Source: the human T2T-CHM13v2.0 reference genome, Homo sapiens
DNA: 64,000 nt
Direction: 5' to 3' (one strand)
Assembly: GCF_009914755.1 (NCBI RefSeq)
Contig: NC_060927.1
Part shown: positions 40,245 to 54,559 of the stretch, piece by piece
Numbering within the stretch: position 1 is the stretch's first letter
Layout: each line of letters starts with the position of its first letter
Program-made: the position numbers and the translations under genes
Notes under the pieces: generated by a model
Told to the model about the DNA's origin: nothing
Seen by the model: the letters and a program-made list of their open reading frames with translations, nothing else
The model's database searches: none

Positions 40245-41809
40245 TTAGGGGATGGAGGGAGAAATTCCAGGCAGAAAGATTGGCATGCCCTGAGGCTTGT
40301 GTCATCGTTAGTATTTTGATTGATTTTATTACCTTATTGGAACAGGCTGCCTATATGGATGTGGGGCTTAGAATGGGCCACACTCCCTCGAACCCACCCA
40401 ATTTGAGATTTAACTCTGCGATTTCCCATCATGAACTAAGAGTAATTTGAGACCTGAGACCATGTCCTTTTCATTTCTCTGACTCCAGTGCTGGGCACTT
40501 AGAGGTTATCAACTGAATGAAGGAATCTTTCAAAATATAGAATTTCCCGATGCAGCTTGCCTGAGAGATCAATCAATCAGTGCTTGGACAGATCCATTGA
40601 TTTGAAGCTCTCTTCTTCGCAAATCCATGCCATTGTTGGACTCTTGATTTCTAAAAGCCCTTTTCAAATAATGAATTGAAAATTACATCCAGCAGCTTCT
40701 GCCCACTGGTCCTGGTTGTGCCTTCTGGAGCCAATTTGGCAGCCCCACAGCTCGTTCAGGTGGCAAAACATTTTCGGCCTGGTCCATTTTGGCTCAGGTT
40801 GTATAGACACACCCATGTGCCTGACTTCCTTTGGGATGTTTTGCAAGATTATTTATCAGTATGGCCCAAAACCAGACAGGACAGCATGAGTGGCCTGCAC
40901 CTTTTGTTCTTTTTTGGTGGAAGAGAAAGACACACTGACCCTCCTAAAATCCCCACAAACCCTGGCAAGTCACTGGTTCTGCTGTGAATACATTGATGGG
41001 AGTGATTCTAAGAGGCATGCCTTCCAAATCCTGGGACATTTTGAATCCCAGCTGCCTGCTACCTTAGCAGGGTAGCCTCTGCTTTCCCTCTAGGGACAAG
41101 AAAAGAGCTCCTTGAACACACTGGCTAATCTATATTTTTATTTTGTTTTTCAAGGCAAATTTTAATAACTTCTGTAAGTGTCGTCTTCCTATTTGGCAGT
41201 TTGTGACCTGAGGTGATACCTACCACTTTGGCCAGAATATCCAGGCAGCAGGAGATGCTAGCAAGCTAGGCAAGATGGGGTTGCAGTAAAATTTTTTTCT
41301 TTCTCCTCCATCCAAACTGTTTTTCCCTGGGACTTTTTCCCAAGCGACATGTCAGCTGTAAAAACACGAATCTTCCCTCTCCTGGTGCCCTGTGCCCCCC
41401 CACCACCTCCCAAAACATATGCTATTTATCAAATCTAAGAATAAAAAGAATGCAATTTCAAGAAAGCTTTTAAAGATTTCAATTTCCTTAAAAAAAAAAA
41501 AAGACAAAGCACATGTGATCGTCTCGAGGTGTCATGCTGAGTGTTTGCTGTTTGACACTCAGCTGTCATTAACAGCTAAGCATTATTCTTATTTTGTCGG
41601 TAGAAATAATCAGGGTCTCCACACATGCCACATGTTTAAATCAGTGATATTAAGAGTCTCCATTCAGTGAAATTTGCTGACTGCACTGAACTCACAGTTT
41701 GTGAAGCAGCTTTGTGCTGGTTGAAGGGGAAGAGAGCTCTGGCCATTTCTGGCGAAAAGCAGGTCTTGTTTTTCATTACTCCCTGGGTGATCACAGGATA
41801 TCTGATGTA

Positions 41810-42075
41810 GTGGGGTCCAGTATGGCCACATGTGGCTATTAAGCATGTGAAATGTGGCCGAAGACATGCTGTAAGTGTAAAATATGACACTATTTCAAAA
41901 ATTTAGTATAAAAAAGGAAAAATCTCATGAGTGATGTTTTATATTCCATGTCAAAACAATTTTTTGATGTATTGGGTAAGAAGAAATATTATTTAAGTTA
42001 CTTCCACCTGCTTATTTTACTTTTATAAGAATTGCTACTATAACATTTAAAATGACCTACATATTGATAGGACCA
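41810..42075. mobile_element. MER33-like hAT-Charlie element
   Basis: GGCCACATGTGGCTATTAAGCA.TGAAATGTGGC...TGTAAGTGTAAAATA...TTTCAAAAATTTAGTA. Confidence 0.65.
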
Positions 42076-43642
42076 TACTGATCCCAGAGAGGCAGGGAAG
42101 GTGTTGCCCAAATGGAAATCCATGATTAATCCATTGTCACCTCATGAATGTAATTTCTTAAAACATTAAATGACATATTTTCTCCTGAATTGAAAAACAT
42201 TATTTTATTTATCCAGAAATCTATGACCATGTCCTTGTTTTGGTACAGGTTAAAAGGAAGTGAGTTTTGTTAGCCGTTTTAGTCCATGAGAATGCAATGT
42301 GTAGTGTTCACGAGTGTAGTGTTAGCAATCATGTCTCTAAATTTCATAGACTGCTCAATGGGGCTCTTCCCTCTGCTTTAGACTTTCTGCTTCCAGATAT
42401 GGCTTTGTTTGCATGATTCTATGGATCACATATCTGAGTGTTACTTAAACTTCCAAACCCACTGGACTAGAGATGAAGTACCTAGATCTTGAGAAATCAG
42501 GGATCTCAGGGCACTCTAGTTACAGGACACCCCTTTTCTGAACCTGCCTGAGGCACCAGTGTCTGGGTGAACCATCCGATCTCCAACTTTTATCCTTAGA
42601 TAGTAATTTGACTATAAGCCATGTACTAGGGTATATAAATAAATTATGGCTATTTCTCTTAGAATGTGTGAACATCAAGTTATCCTATTTGTTTACTATT
42701 CTTGACAAATTGTGAATTATCTTTATAGCATTTATTTCCTATTCTGTATTTATCTTTCACTTAAAAATTATTAAAAGTGAACATGGCTGGGAAATGTTAC
42801 TATATTTAGCCTTTTAAATTAATCCATGGTACAGTTTTTCCTAGAATGGTCAGACACACAGACCTTGACTTGAACCTGAATTTTTCACATTCCTTACAAG
42901 TAGTTATCTCATGAGTTTGGTTATCCTCCTGGTCTCTTTACTGGTTCCAAAGGGAGGCTTTTGACTTCCTTCCTTCATTTTCCTTCCACCCCTCCAGCCT
43001 CTGGACCCTATACCCTCCCTACACAACCTTCTCTGAACTCTCTCTAAGGTCAGAAAAGGCAGGAATGATGGGACAGGTGTCTGACTGTTCTGGGAAGGGG
43101 TAAAAGGGAAAATCTTGGTATCTAAATCTGCACTGTTCAATGTGGAAACCACCAGCTAATAGTATGACTATCAAGCACTTGAAATATGGCTAGTGATGTG
43201 TTGCAAGTGTAAAATACATATCAAATTTGAAAGAAAATGTCTTATTCTTACAAACATAAAACTACGACATAAATCTGCCTGTCATAACTCTATTTCTATT
43301 TTGAGCCTCCATTCTGCAAGAGTTGGGAAAACAGAATCAATCTGGAGTCACCCTCCCCTTCTCTCCTTTGCCTGGATTTGTAGCTGCTCTGGGGGCTTAC
43401 CTGATCCCAAGATACTGTGGGGATGTGAGGCCTAGAATCCTTCCACCTCAGCAAAGCCCTTTGAGAGCCAGGGCTTGCTTACTTCTCCCACCATGCTGGT
43501 TGCTGGAATCTCAGAGAAGCTGCCCAAGGCCCTTTCCAACTTGCATGCTGCCATCTAGCATATGGTGTGATTTTGGGTCCCCTGGAACATGCTGGAATGT
43601 AGGAAGTGCTCATGAGCTATCTAAAGCTCTGTTGGCTTAGAC

Positions 43643-43862
43643 CAGGCATGGGCAAACTATGGCCCACAGACCAAACGGGGCCTGCTGCCTGTTTATGTAA
43701 ATAAAGTTTTATTGGAACATAGCCATATTCATTCATTTACATATCACTTGTAGCTACTTTTGTGCTGATGACAGAACTGAGTATTTGTGACAGAGTCCAT
43801 GTGCATACAAAAGCTAAAATGTTTACTATCTGGCCCTTTAAGGAATAGTTTGCCAGCTCTTG
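43643..43862. mobile_element. MER58A hAT-Charlie element
   Basis: GGCAAACTATGGCCC...GTAAATAAAGTTTTATTGGAACA...TACTATCTGGCCCTTTA...AGTTTGCC. Confidence 0.85.
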
Positions 43863-44234
43863 ACTCGGACACACCGGGTATCCATATCTTCTCTGGGCTT
43901 TTCCCACCTTCCCACATTCCCAGGGCTCTACCTGGGGACTGGGGTGTAGGTTTCTTATACTTTTACATCTCATCAGCTGTCGTTTCCCCCATATCTCCAT
44001 CCCAGACTCATAGCGAAGGTGTCAGAATCCAGGCTCATTTCTCAGGGACCTCACCAGTATCTAAACTCTAATCAGTTCCCTTCAGGAAAAGAAGACTTGC
44101 TTCCAGTTCTTTGAGTATATTTCCAAATCATTGTCTATTCAAAGTCTAGGGTTTAAAATTCAAATCTCAGATTTTTTCTCAAATTTCCATTATGCATCCC
44201 TTTCCTGGATCATTGAGCAAAGAATTGTTTAGAT

Positions 44235-44425
44235 CAGTGTCTCTTAAAGTGTGGACCACAGGACGGCAGCATCAGCATCACCTGGGAATGTGTTACAAAT
44301 GCAGATCCTTAGACCACATCCCAGTCCCACTGAGCAGGCAGGAAACCCTTGGTGTGGGGCCCAGGAATCTGTGTTTTGATAAGATCTTCAAGTGGTTCTT
44401 ATGCAGGCTAGAATTTGGTAACTAG
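44235..44425. mobile_element. MER5A
   Basis: CAGCATCAGCATCACCTGGGAA..TGTTACAAATGCAGA...GGGGCCCAGGAATCTGTGTTTT. Confidence 0.85.
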
Positions 44426-46343
44426 ATTGAGTGCATTAGATCAAGTGGACTATATTGAGCGATGTCAGGAGTGGAGACTGGAAGAAAGCACTGGATCAAA
44501 ACTGCAGTCTAATATTTCACTCCCCTCATGGCTGTGCTTATGTCTACTCTTACAGTTCTTTCTCAGGTACCAATTTGCTTTAATTCATCAATGTCATGCC
44601 TACTGTGGCCCAGAAACTGTGATGAAATATTCATAGAAGCCCAAGGCTCTTTGTTTCTCCAAGCTGTTGGTACTTTTTATTTAGTCCTCTGTCCAGGTCA
44701 AGGCTCATCCTTAGTAGCTGGAGATCCATTTCCCCTTCCCTTATTTCCAAACTGGACTGTGTATACTCAGGATTACAGTGTGTACTGCCAGATTTGCTAA
44801 GCTATGCCATTAATGGGGAACACTGGGCCCGGCAATCTAGATTTGAGGAAAACCTGTATGGCTAAGCATGGGTAAAATGGAGATTAGAATATACGATTTG
44901 CATTTATTTTAGAAAGAAAACAACATATTTGTAGGATTGCTGCAGACTCTGCTGTTGTAGCCTCCAGGGAATGTATTCACTGTCCTTTGCCAATGGAAAT
45001 GTTTGAGGAGTCCTCGAGTAAGTAATTTGAGGGGTGGTAGAGTACGACTTGCAGACTTAGTTTGGGCACTTAACTCATTCATTAATCAGGGACTGTTCCA
45101 GTTAACTTCTTTATTCTGTTACTCAGATATTCACCTTTTCACCCGTGTAGTCTTAATTCTTAACCATGTACTATCTATATTTGGATCTGTTTCTTCCTTC
45201 ATATTCATTTCTTTCCTTGTCTTCTTCCCCTCCTTTTCACCCTATGCCTTCTAAACTCACTGATCATGTTTATAAGAAAGCTACTGATTCAGCCAATGTT
45301 TGAATAAATGTTTTGGGGGTCTCTTGCAGCTCCACTTTTGCTTTTGTGCTCTGATCAGCTAACCAATGCATCTGATTTATTCTAAAATAACTTTCACCAC
45401 ACACTGCTTACTTAGATATCTCTGCCCAGCCTTCTGCCAAACTCAGCATGTTTGCTGCAGGCTTAGATACTGCCCAGTGGAGCTCCTTGCTCTGGATTCT
45501 CCCTATTCACAACCTTTTACACCTTGTTCATGCAAAGCTTTGCGTACTGAATAGACAGTCTGCCTCGTGAGATACCTACGTTGCTGTTTCTCTCACACCA
45601 AAATGACTGTGTATGTGCACTAGCATATTCACCCACATTTTGTATACTCGTTTTGGAGCCCTTTAAAAAATGTAACCCTGGAGGGAAATTTCCCACACAT
45701 TTCCTTTAAGTTGATTCTTTTTCTATGCTTTTTATTATGACCTTTCCATTTTTGAAGGCTGATGAGTCAATAAGGAAATCTTATGGCCAAATAGAAATGT
45801 GAATTTGAAAATTTCCCATTTCAAGTTTCCAGCATTGCTTGATTATTTTTGCTGTGAGAGTAGTGGTATGTTAGATTTAGGAAAGAAATGAGCCTGTCTT
45901 TTTCCTTTTTCCTTTGTTTTGCTAAATAATTCATAGCGAAAATCCATGATTTTTCACAGATCTTCTCTATGTCAAGTAGCACTGAGCTAAAGATAGCAAG
46001 TAAGGGGGAAACCTCAGTAATTATCAAGAATTTGGATACTTTTCTTTTATTATCAGAAATATTCCTGACCAACCTTCTGTCTAAGTCCAGTATTTACTGG
46101 CTCAAATTGGTCACAACCCGCTCCCTTTTAGTTGCAGCCAGAAAAAATTAACAATTGAAATATAGAGGCTTTTATATTAATTTTTAATGCTGATTATCAT
46201 TTTCCAAGGTTTCCTTTGGAGGGAATACTCTAAATATTGTTGATATGTGATTTTCCTCTGAAGATAATAAAGACATAGGTATTTGACTAACTTCTGAATT
46301 CCACCTTTCCCACTTCCTCAAATATTTAAAATATCTTATTTGA

Positions 46344-46383
46344 GTGTACTTCCATACCACCCTGAACACGCCTGATCTCGTCT
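46344..46383 (+). pseudogene. 5S rRNA 5'-fragment retropseudogene (nt 1-40, tailless)
   Basis: GTGTACTTCCATACCACCCTGAACACGCCTGATCTCGTCT matches recalled human 5S nt 1-40 at 35/40; perfect 17-bp TSD TAAAATATCTTATTTGA. Confidence 0.92.
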
Positions 46384-46739
46384 TAAAATATCTTATTTGA
46401 AAAAAAATCTCCTAAATAACTGACTAAAGAAAAAAAATATTCACCACAGTGAGATCTCCTGGTAGGTTTCATGGGATCCAATGACGAGTTAATTCCATGC
46501 CAATGAGAGCTTCGTGATTAGTGGTTATGACAAGAGTTAAGAGCCCAGCATCAAGTGGGCAATATGATTTTCAATGAAAGCATTCATTTTCCTCTAAAAA
46601 AGGAAAGTCATCAATTTGGATTTTCTATAATGAGAACTATCATAGAATCTTGGGTTTTTCTGGATTAGAGGATTTGAAGAATAGTTATCCAAAGAAAATG
46701 GCAGTAATGGAAATAAAATATTCTCTATCAAAAAATTCC

Positions 46740-47122
<383 letters not shown>

Positions 47123-48284
47123 CTACAGAACAATTAAAAATTGAAAGACTCCATCATAATCGAACACACTCAAAGCCACTTGTGTAGCTGCACTGGGTGC
47201 CCTCTCTCCCTTTCAATAATTGCAAGATCTGACTATATATTATAAGCCTAGATGCATCATTTCATATCATCCATTGTAATGGGGTAGAATTCTGATGGTG
47301 CTCCTGAGGAAAAGGGCCCCAACTGTCAATTTATCCACTTTGACTGATGGAGTAGTATCAGTGTTTGTAGGTTTCCTTTCAGGATAGGAGAAGGTAGAAC
47401 TGTTAATCTCATAAAGCAAGCTGCTTCTCACTCAGGACTTTTCATGGGTATCCCTCCCGTGGAAGTCTAGAGAAACTCCCAGGCAACTAACTGTCTCTGT
47501 TTCCCCTTCCCCTTCTAAAAAACTTCATGAAATAATGTTTTCTTCATATGCTACAAAACTATCATATGCCCAATGTCATTAAATCCTGATAGACCTACCC
47601 AGATTAATAACATCTGATGATCAAAAGGAACTAAAACATTCCTCTTATTTGGTATGCTCATCGCATTGAAGAGGAATGTGAGTTTTAAACCATTGACCTC
47701 AGTGGGCCTAGATCTGCTCTGGTCGGGAGTAAAACTGGGCCTGTCTCTTCCTCTCTTTTTCTATCTGCTGACTCAGAGGAAAAGCTACCCTAGAGTGAAT
47801 CTCAGTAGACCTAAAAAGAATGACAATATGTGCAAAATTTAGAGAAAGTAAAGGAGCAACTCCAAATTCAAAATTCATAATCACAAAGCACAGACATGAG
47901 GATGCAAAATTAAAATGAAGAAAGCAAAGGAAGGAAGAAACCTAAACCCTGGTGTGTATAAAAAGCTTAGGGCAAGATTCCCTCTCCAACTGCACCAAGG
48001 CGCTCTCAACTGTGCATTCCAAACTCGTTCCAGGAGCAGCACCCCCACTGATGTCGGTGGGAGCTCTACACTCAAAAGCATTGAAGCAATGGCAATAAAG
48101 ATCCACAGTGTACGAAGGAAAAAAAAAAACCACCACCAACAAGAAAAACTGCTTAGCGTGGGCACTAAGCAGGGAGTTTCTGCCCTTAGCAACCAGAGCA
48201 GGAATGCAGGGTAGACACCAAGCAATGGGCCTGTCTACCTGAGATTGTAACTTCTGTCAGTCCCCCTGAAATTCAGAGCCTGAG

Positions 48285-48465
48285 TCAGTGGATGACAAAA
48301 CAGGAGGCACATTTGAACCACCTGGGGAGCTTTAAAAACATAATAGTACCCCAAACCCACCCCTAGAGATTCTGATTTAATTGGTCTGAGGAGGAGCTGG
48401 GGCATTGGTGCCTTTTAAAAGCTTCCCTGGTGATCGTGATGCGCAGCAATGTTGAGATGTGCTGC
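48285..48465. mobile_element. MER5A/B-like element
   Basis: CACCTGGGGAGCTTTAAAAA...CCCACCCCTAGAGATTCTGATTTAATTGGTCTG. Confidence 0.75.
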
Positions 48466-49669
48466 TCACATTACGAAGTTCCTCAGAAGGTTTCGTGTCT
48501 ATGTCACAGAGAGCAGGGTGGTCAGCAGACGTGTGCCTGATCGCTGCCTTGGGGGCTCAGGAACGCAGGTGGAATTAAATCTTCATTTATGAAAACTGTG
48601 GAGAAAATAAAGTATTGATCTTACTTGAGAGACTTTTATGTTAGTCAATTAAATTAGTACTGTACCTTTCTACTAGTAAAATAAGAGTACCATTACTATA
48701 TGGAAATATAATGTTCCATAATATTTTTATTGTGAGACAGGGGACGTGTCTTACTGCACTCAAATGTACAGTTTATGCACGACTATAAAGTTAGCTGTAA
48801 TCCATAAACAGGCGATATAGATCTTAGATATCTCTTTTAAGATCAGTTGGAAAGAAAATTCCTTATTCCTTAGCAACACCATAGGAAGCAGGATTGCCTC
48901 CAAGAAAAAAAAAATCCTTATCTTTCCTAATTATTTCACATGAAAAGGCAATAGAACATTCCATTATTCTAATATTTGAAGGGGAATAAATGTTTTTCTG
49001 ATAATTCTCATGTACATCATTTGTGTATTGCAATTGGAAACTGAAAAAATACGTATTTTCATTTTTTTAGTGCTACTCACTGAACTACCCTGCAGCAAGA
49101 ACCAAGAGATGTATTTTCCCTGAATGTCACATGCAACAATAGAAAATAACACAATATGTAGGAAGATTATGTGTTTCCTGGGTTGTTGGAGGGCTGATAG
49201 TTTCAAGCACAGTACAAATAGGCATATTCCTTGAGCATTTTCACTTTAGGCTATTTGGAAATGTGTCATTTAAAATGTGGAATCCTGGCATAAGATTTTC
49301 ACACTGAAATTTTTTCAAAACTATCTAAAATGTGTCTTATTTGTGAAAATGCATCTTATTAATCCATTGTGATATAAAATAACAGCTGCTAATATGATTT
49401 TAAAGTTTGTAATAAAGTGCATCAAAATGTCTATAGAATGGATCGTGACAGCACAGCCAACAAGCGATATTTCAGGGACTTTTAATGTGTGAGTAAAATG
49501 CCAACATGGCAGAAAATGAAAACTCCCAAATGTATCTTGTCTGATTTTGACATTTACTCTCCTAATTCGGACCCCACACCCACTTGTCTCAGGAATTTCT
49601 GTTGTTAGAAAGGAAGAGGAAGGTGAAAGTCATTGATGCTAAAGTAAGTACTACAACCCCTGCTACCAG

Positions 49670-50070
49670 TCTTTGTCAGTTAGCTATTGCTGCAAGAATG
49701 CTGTGTAACAAACCACTGTAGCTCAGTTGCTTAAAATCATTTATTCCAGTGTCTCTGGGTCAGCTAGATTTTGGTTGATCTAGGTAGGGCTTAGGCAGGC
49801 TTGGCTCCAAGCTGCAGGATAGGTTCATTTCTGATGGAGGAGTCTTTTGTACTTTTTGGATCAGTAGCTAACCAAGCCATGTTCTTCTCATAACAATGGT
49901 GCAAGTGCAAGACAGATGAGTGGAAATACACGAAACATTTCAAGGTCTAGGCTTGAACTGGTACACTGCCTCATCTACCTGCATTCCATTGGCCAAAACA
50001 AACCATATAGCCAAACCTGATATACATGATGGAAGGTCAGGGGAATATACACTGCCACTAGTGAGAAGAA
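49670..50070 (-). mobile_element. MLT1 solo LTR
   Basis: GTCAGTTAGCTATTGCTG...TGTGTAACAAACCAC...CATTCCATTGGCCAAAACAA. Confidence 0.65.
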
Positions 50071-50189
50071 TTGCACTCACTGACAATTACAGCTGTTTGG
50101 GGTCATCAGGGGTCAGGATTCTTGTGTGTAGCTATGGTTTTACTTTTAAAAAATGATTTGATATGCACATAAACATATAGTCTTGTTAG

Positions 50190-50380
50190 AGATGATATTG
50201 TGTAAGAGCGCAGTTTCTGGTGCTAGATTGTCAGGGTCAAAATCCCACCTCCCACAACTACTGTCTTTTTGACTTTAAGCAAGTTACTTAATTGCTCTGT
50301 TCTTTAGTTTCCTCATCTGGAAATGTGGAAAGCAATAGTGCCTAACTAACAGGGTTGTTGGAAGGATGAAATGATTTATA
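50190..50380 (+). mobile_element. MIR
   Basis: GCAAGTTACTTAA..CTCTG...AGTTTCCTCATCTG..AATG...AGGGTTGTTG. Confidence 0.75.
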
Positions 50381-51319
50381 TTTGTTTTACCTTAAAAGAT
50401 GAATAGGCATCTTTAGCCAGAGTAATATGTGGCATTCAAGTCTTCCAGAGTTGTTTCTGAAGTTGTCTCTGAAATATAAACTTCTGGAGGCCAGGAACCA
50501 TGCTTACTTTACATACTGTGTAGATTTTCCACTAAATCATCATATTTAGCAAGTGGTCTAATCTGTTATTTGGGTGATTATGGTGGCTAAGCATGAATAA
50601 AAATTGTTAACTTTTCTTACTTTTCACATCTGCTTCCTTTGTCAAAATATGCTGATTGCAACCTCATGGCTATATTCACCTTTCCTTGGGAAACTGAAGC
50701 AAATTACATCTAACCAAACGAAAATATGATTCTTTTAAAATATATTTATTTGGCATCTACTGTGGGTAAAGAACCTTACTGGACAGTGGGGAACAGGGCC
50801 TGGGGAATGAGAATTACAAAGATGCGTAAAAATGCCCTGTTCTCTTAAAGAGCTTCAACTCTATCAAGACAGATAAGACACATGCATATGGGTGCATATA
50901 GGTAATAGTGAAGCCCAACAGAAAAGTACATGCTAGAGAGAGGTGGGGGCATACGTTTTGATGAACAGAGTGAAGAGCTGTCTTCATTGTTTGTGAGTTT
51001 ATTCATCTATAGAATGGAAATAATAATGGTACTTATAGAGTTGTGAAGATTAATATATAAAGCACTTATAACATGTTAACCATTATTATTATTAGTGGCA
51101 AGATGCCTCATGGTTATGGAAAGAGATGAGAGGGAAGGGTGCACAAAGGACACATTTAAGCTGAAACTCGTCGTTTCCTGAAGATTTGAGCATACAGAGA
51201 TGGAAGGAACAAAACGCGTCACTGTCGGGAGTCAAGTTTTGGTTTAGACAGCCTGGCTTGCATCTTTACTCCATCACTTAATATGTAAACTTGTCAAGTT
51301 TCTTAAGTTCTCTGGCTGA

Positions 51320-53780
51320 CCTGTGAAGTTTCTGAAAGAGATGTGTAAAAAATCTTCATGCATGTTTGAAGATTTGTCAGTTTCTTAGAATTCTTTCTAT
51401 TTTTGCTTATGTATGTTGAGAATCAGGATAGTCTTATCTTTCTGGGTAAACTGTTCTTTTCTTTTAGTATTATGTAATAGTTCTCTTCACACCTAGTAAT
51501 TATCTAGTCTATCTCATGGTAGTATTGTTATAGTGGGCTCATACTAACATTGTTATAGTAGTTTATTTTGGTCAGTGTTTTCCTAGCATGTCTTTTCCTT
51601 CCTCAATATTTATGATCTGTTTTAGTCAGAGCTCTTTAGAGAGACAGAAATGATAGAATATATAGAGAGATTTTGAAAAGGGATTTAGGGAAATTGGCTC
51701 ACTTGATTATGGAGGCTGAGAAGTCACACAATAGGCTGTCTGCAAGCTGGAGAACAAGGAAAGCTGATAGTGTGACTCATTCAAAGTCCAAACGCCTCAG
51801 AACCAAGAAAGCCAATTGTGTAATTCTCAGTGTGAGTCAAAAGGCTTGAGAACTAGAGAGTCCCCACAGTCCAAAGGTCAGAGAACCTGGAGTTATGTCA
51901 TCCAAGAGCAGGAGAAGAAGGGTGTACAAGCTCGGAAGAGAGGGTGAGAATTCACCCTTCCTCTGCCTTTTTGCTTTATCCAGGCCCTCAGCTGTTTGGA
52001 TGGTTTCTCACACATTAGAGGCAGATCTTCCCCACTGAGTCCAGGGACTCATATGCCAATCTCTTCTGGAAACACCCCTACAGACACACCTGGGGCAGTG
52101 CAATCATTCTAATCAAAAGTAACAAACAGCCTGAGTTTCCTTTCCAGCAGTAGAGGGATGCGTTCAGTGCCTACTGAAACATCAAGAATAAATAATGCTT
52201 TGCCAGCTATCTGAGCATCCCTTCATCCAGTCAAGTTGATACCCAAACCAACCATCCCACAACTTTTAGGTCTGATTATGTTTTAGGTATGTCTCTCATA
52301 AACAATATGATGATTTTTTTTGTTTATATTTATTGAAGCTTACTTATAGGGGGACATATTTCTCCTTGTATTTTGTGTTTTATATTTCTATGTATTCTCT
52401 TTGCTTTTTCTCCCCCACTTTGTTACCTTAATTGATCAAGTTTCCTTACTCCTTTAAAATCTTATTTTATTTTAACATTTTTAAAATATAAAACTGACTT
52501 TAAAAGGTTAAATTTGTCTATTGAACAAGAGGTTTTAAAGATTATTTCTTAAAAAAAGGTTATACTTCAATGAGAAAAAATTGCTAAAGTTTGAGGATAA
52601 TATCTTTATGCTTCTCTCAAACATTAAATTTACAAGGACTTTTAGAATCCTTTAAATTCAGCCACATTCATGACTTCTAAAGTATTATCCTCTCATATTT
52701 TTGTTCCACACTTAAGCTATTATTATGATTGTTATTGCTATAATTATTATTTATTTTGTTGTTCTTACAGCCAATGCTTATTTACAGTTAACCACATCTA
52801 ATTGTTTATTTGTTCTCTATTACTTCCTGTATTCTACTGCTTCTTCTGAGTTCAATTTATTTTCTTGGTGAAGTAAATGATTTACTAGTGCTTATAATGA
52901 GGCTCTGACCCTCAGTAGGTATTTTTATGATATAAACTTACTTTTCTGAAAATGATTTTGCACTCAAGCTTTAACACTACTTTATCTGCATATAGAATTC
53001 TAAGGTGATAGTTATTTTCCTTTAGCACTTTGGAATTATTACTGTTATCTTTTGGACATATTATTGTAGACAAGAAGTGTATGATTTCTGAAACAATTAG
53101 TCATTTCTCTCTGGTTGCTTTTATAGTTTCTAATTTTCTGTTGAGATTCTCTATTCACTTCCTTATTGTGTTTATGTTTTTCCTTTAAATCCTTGAACAT
53201 ATTTATACTAGTTATTTGAAAGCCCTCTGTAAATTGCATTATTTCTTTCATTTTAACCTGTGTATTGTCCAATTTTTCTTCTAGTTGTGAGTCAAATGTT
53301 GTTACTTCACCTGGCTAGTACTTTTTGATGGCATGCTGGACGTTGTCAATCCAACATTCTTGAATGTTTGGATTTTGTCCTCTTAATTCTGGAGTCTTGA
53401 GGATTTGTTTGTTTGTTTGTTTGTTTTTGGTTTTGTTTTTCTCCCTGGAAGTTAGTCAATTTACCTGCAGGTCACCTCGATCCATTCAAAGCTTGTTCTA
53501 AAATTTGTGAGAAAAGATTTAGAGTAGCATTTTGCCTAGGGTTAAAATAACCCTGTTCCCAAGGGTTGAACTTTCTAGAATCTTTACTGAATCCCTAAGA
53601 TGCTCAGTTAAGCCTTTCCAACCTCATCAGTTGGAACCAAAACATTCCCCAGTCCTGTGTGAGTTACAGAATTGTTCTTTTCTCAGTAGTTTTTCTGTGC
53701 TCAGTCTCATGGTGTTTAATCCTGAACACGTGCAACTTAGTATTTGATCAAAGATTCAAGGGGACCTATATGCCAGAGGC
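51320..53780 (-). mobile_element. Ancient L1M fragments (antisense), interrupted by an MLT2 LTR
   Basis: T-rich; GCATATAGAATTCTAAGGTGA..GTTATTTTC..TTAGCACTTT is typical of old L1. Confidence 0.5.
51618..52261 (-). mobile_element. MLT2 (ERVL) solo LTR
   Basis: AATTGGCTCAC.TGATTATGGAGGCTGAGAAGTC...TCTGCAAGCTGGAGA...CCAGTCAAGTTGA...AACCATC. Confidence 0.8.
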
Positions 53781-54559
53781 CAGATGTTCAGGCCTAAAGC
53801 CATTATTGCTTTAGGACAAATAGTTATATTGATTGCTTATTTTGGGATTTCTTCACCATTTATGATATCTGTATTTATTTTTATACCTCATACCTGCATG
53901 TGGCACAGACTTGAGGTACTAATTCCTCTTTGGAGAATTTTTTTCCCATTGGGGACTCTGAGCAGATGACAAACTTCTTATTGGATCAGTAAATGGAAAT
54001 TTTCTAAGCTCTTTTTCCCCAAATAAACCATTCTTAGAGTTCTGCATTCCAGTTCTTCAACTTGTATGTGTTCAAGGCTATGTGTCCTATCACCAAGTGA
54101 GTTCTGGTACTTCCAGGGCTGGTAATGACACTGACTTGACATTTAGGCTCTTAGGTCCTTCTTGTTTCTAGCCCTTTAGTGATTTCTTTTCTTAAAAAAA
54201 AAAAAACAACAACTTTGGCTATTGTATTTAAAATACACTATTGTTTATGCAACATTTCTCTGTGTTTGGTGTGGATATAGGAAGATAGCAAGACAGACTG
54301 GTCAGTTTGATCTATTAAGTAGTTGCAAGTTGGTGCTTAGTATAAAATGAAATAATAATATATGCTTCATGGTGTTGTCATGAGGACAGAGCAAGTTAAT
54401 ATATGTAAAACACTTATAACAACATCTGTTCTAATAGAAGTATTAATTACTATTATATTATTGTCATCCCTGATTTTTTTAAATTTTGCAATGTTCATCT
54501 GTAAAAGGAAGTAAATGGTGGTAGTGGTACATTAATTCATGTTACACTGATTTATGAAA

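Noticed and set aside
47881-48225. Overlapping 99-114 aa ORFs on both strands in unique sequence
   Set aside because: No homology I recognise and no clear splice context; lengths are compatible with chance in 64 kb
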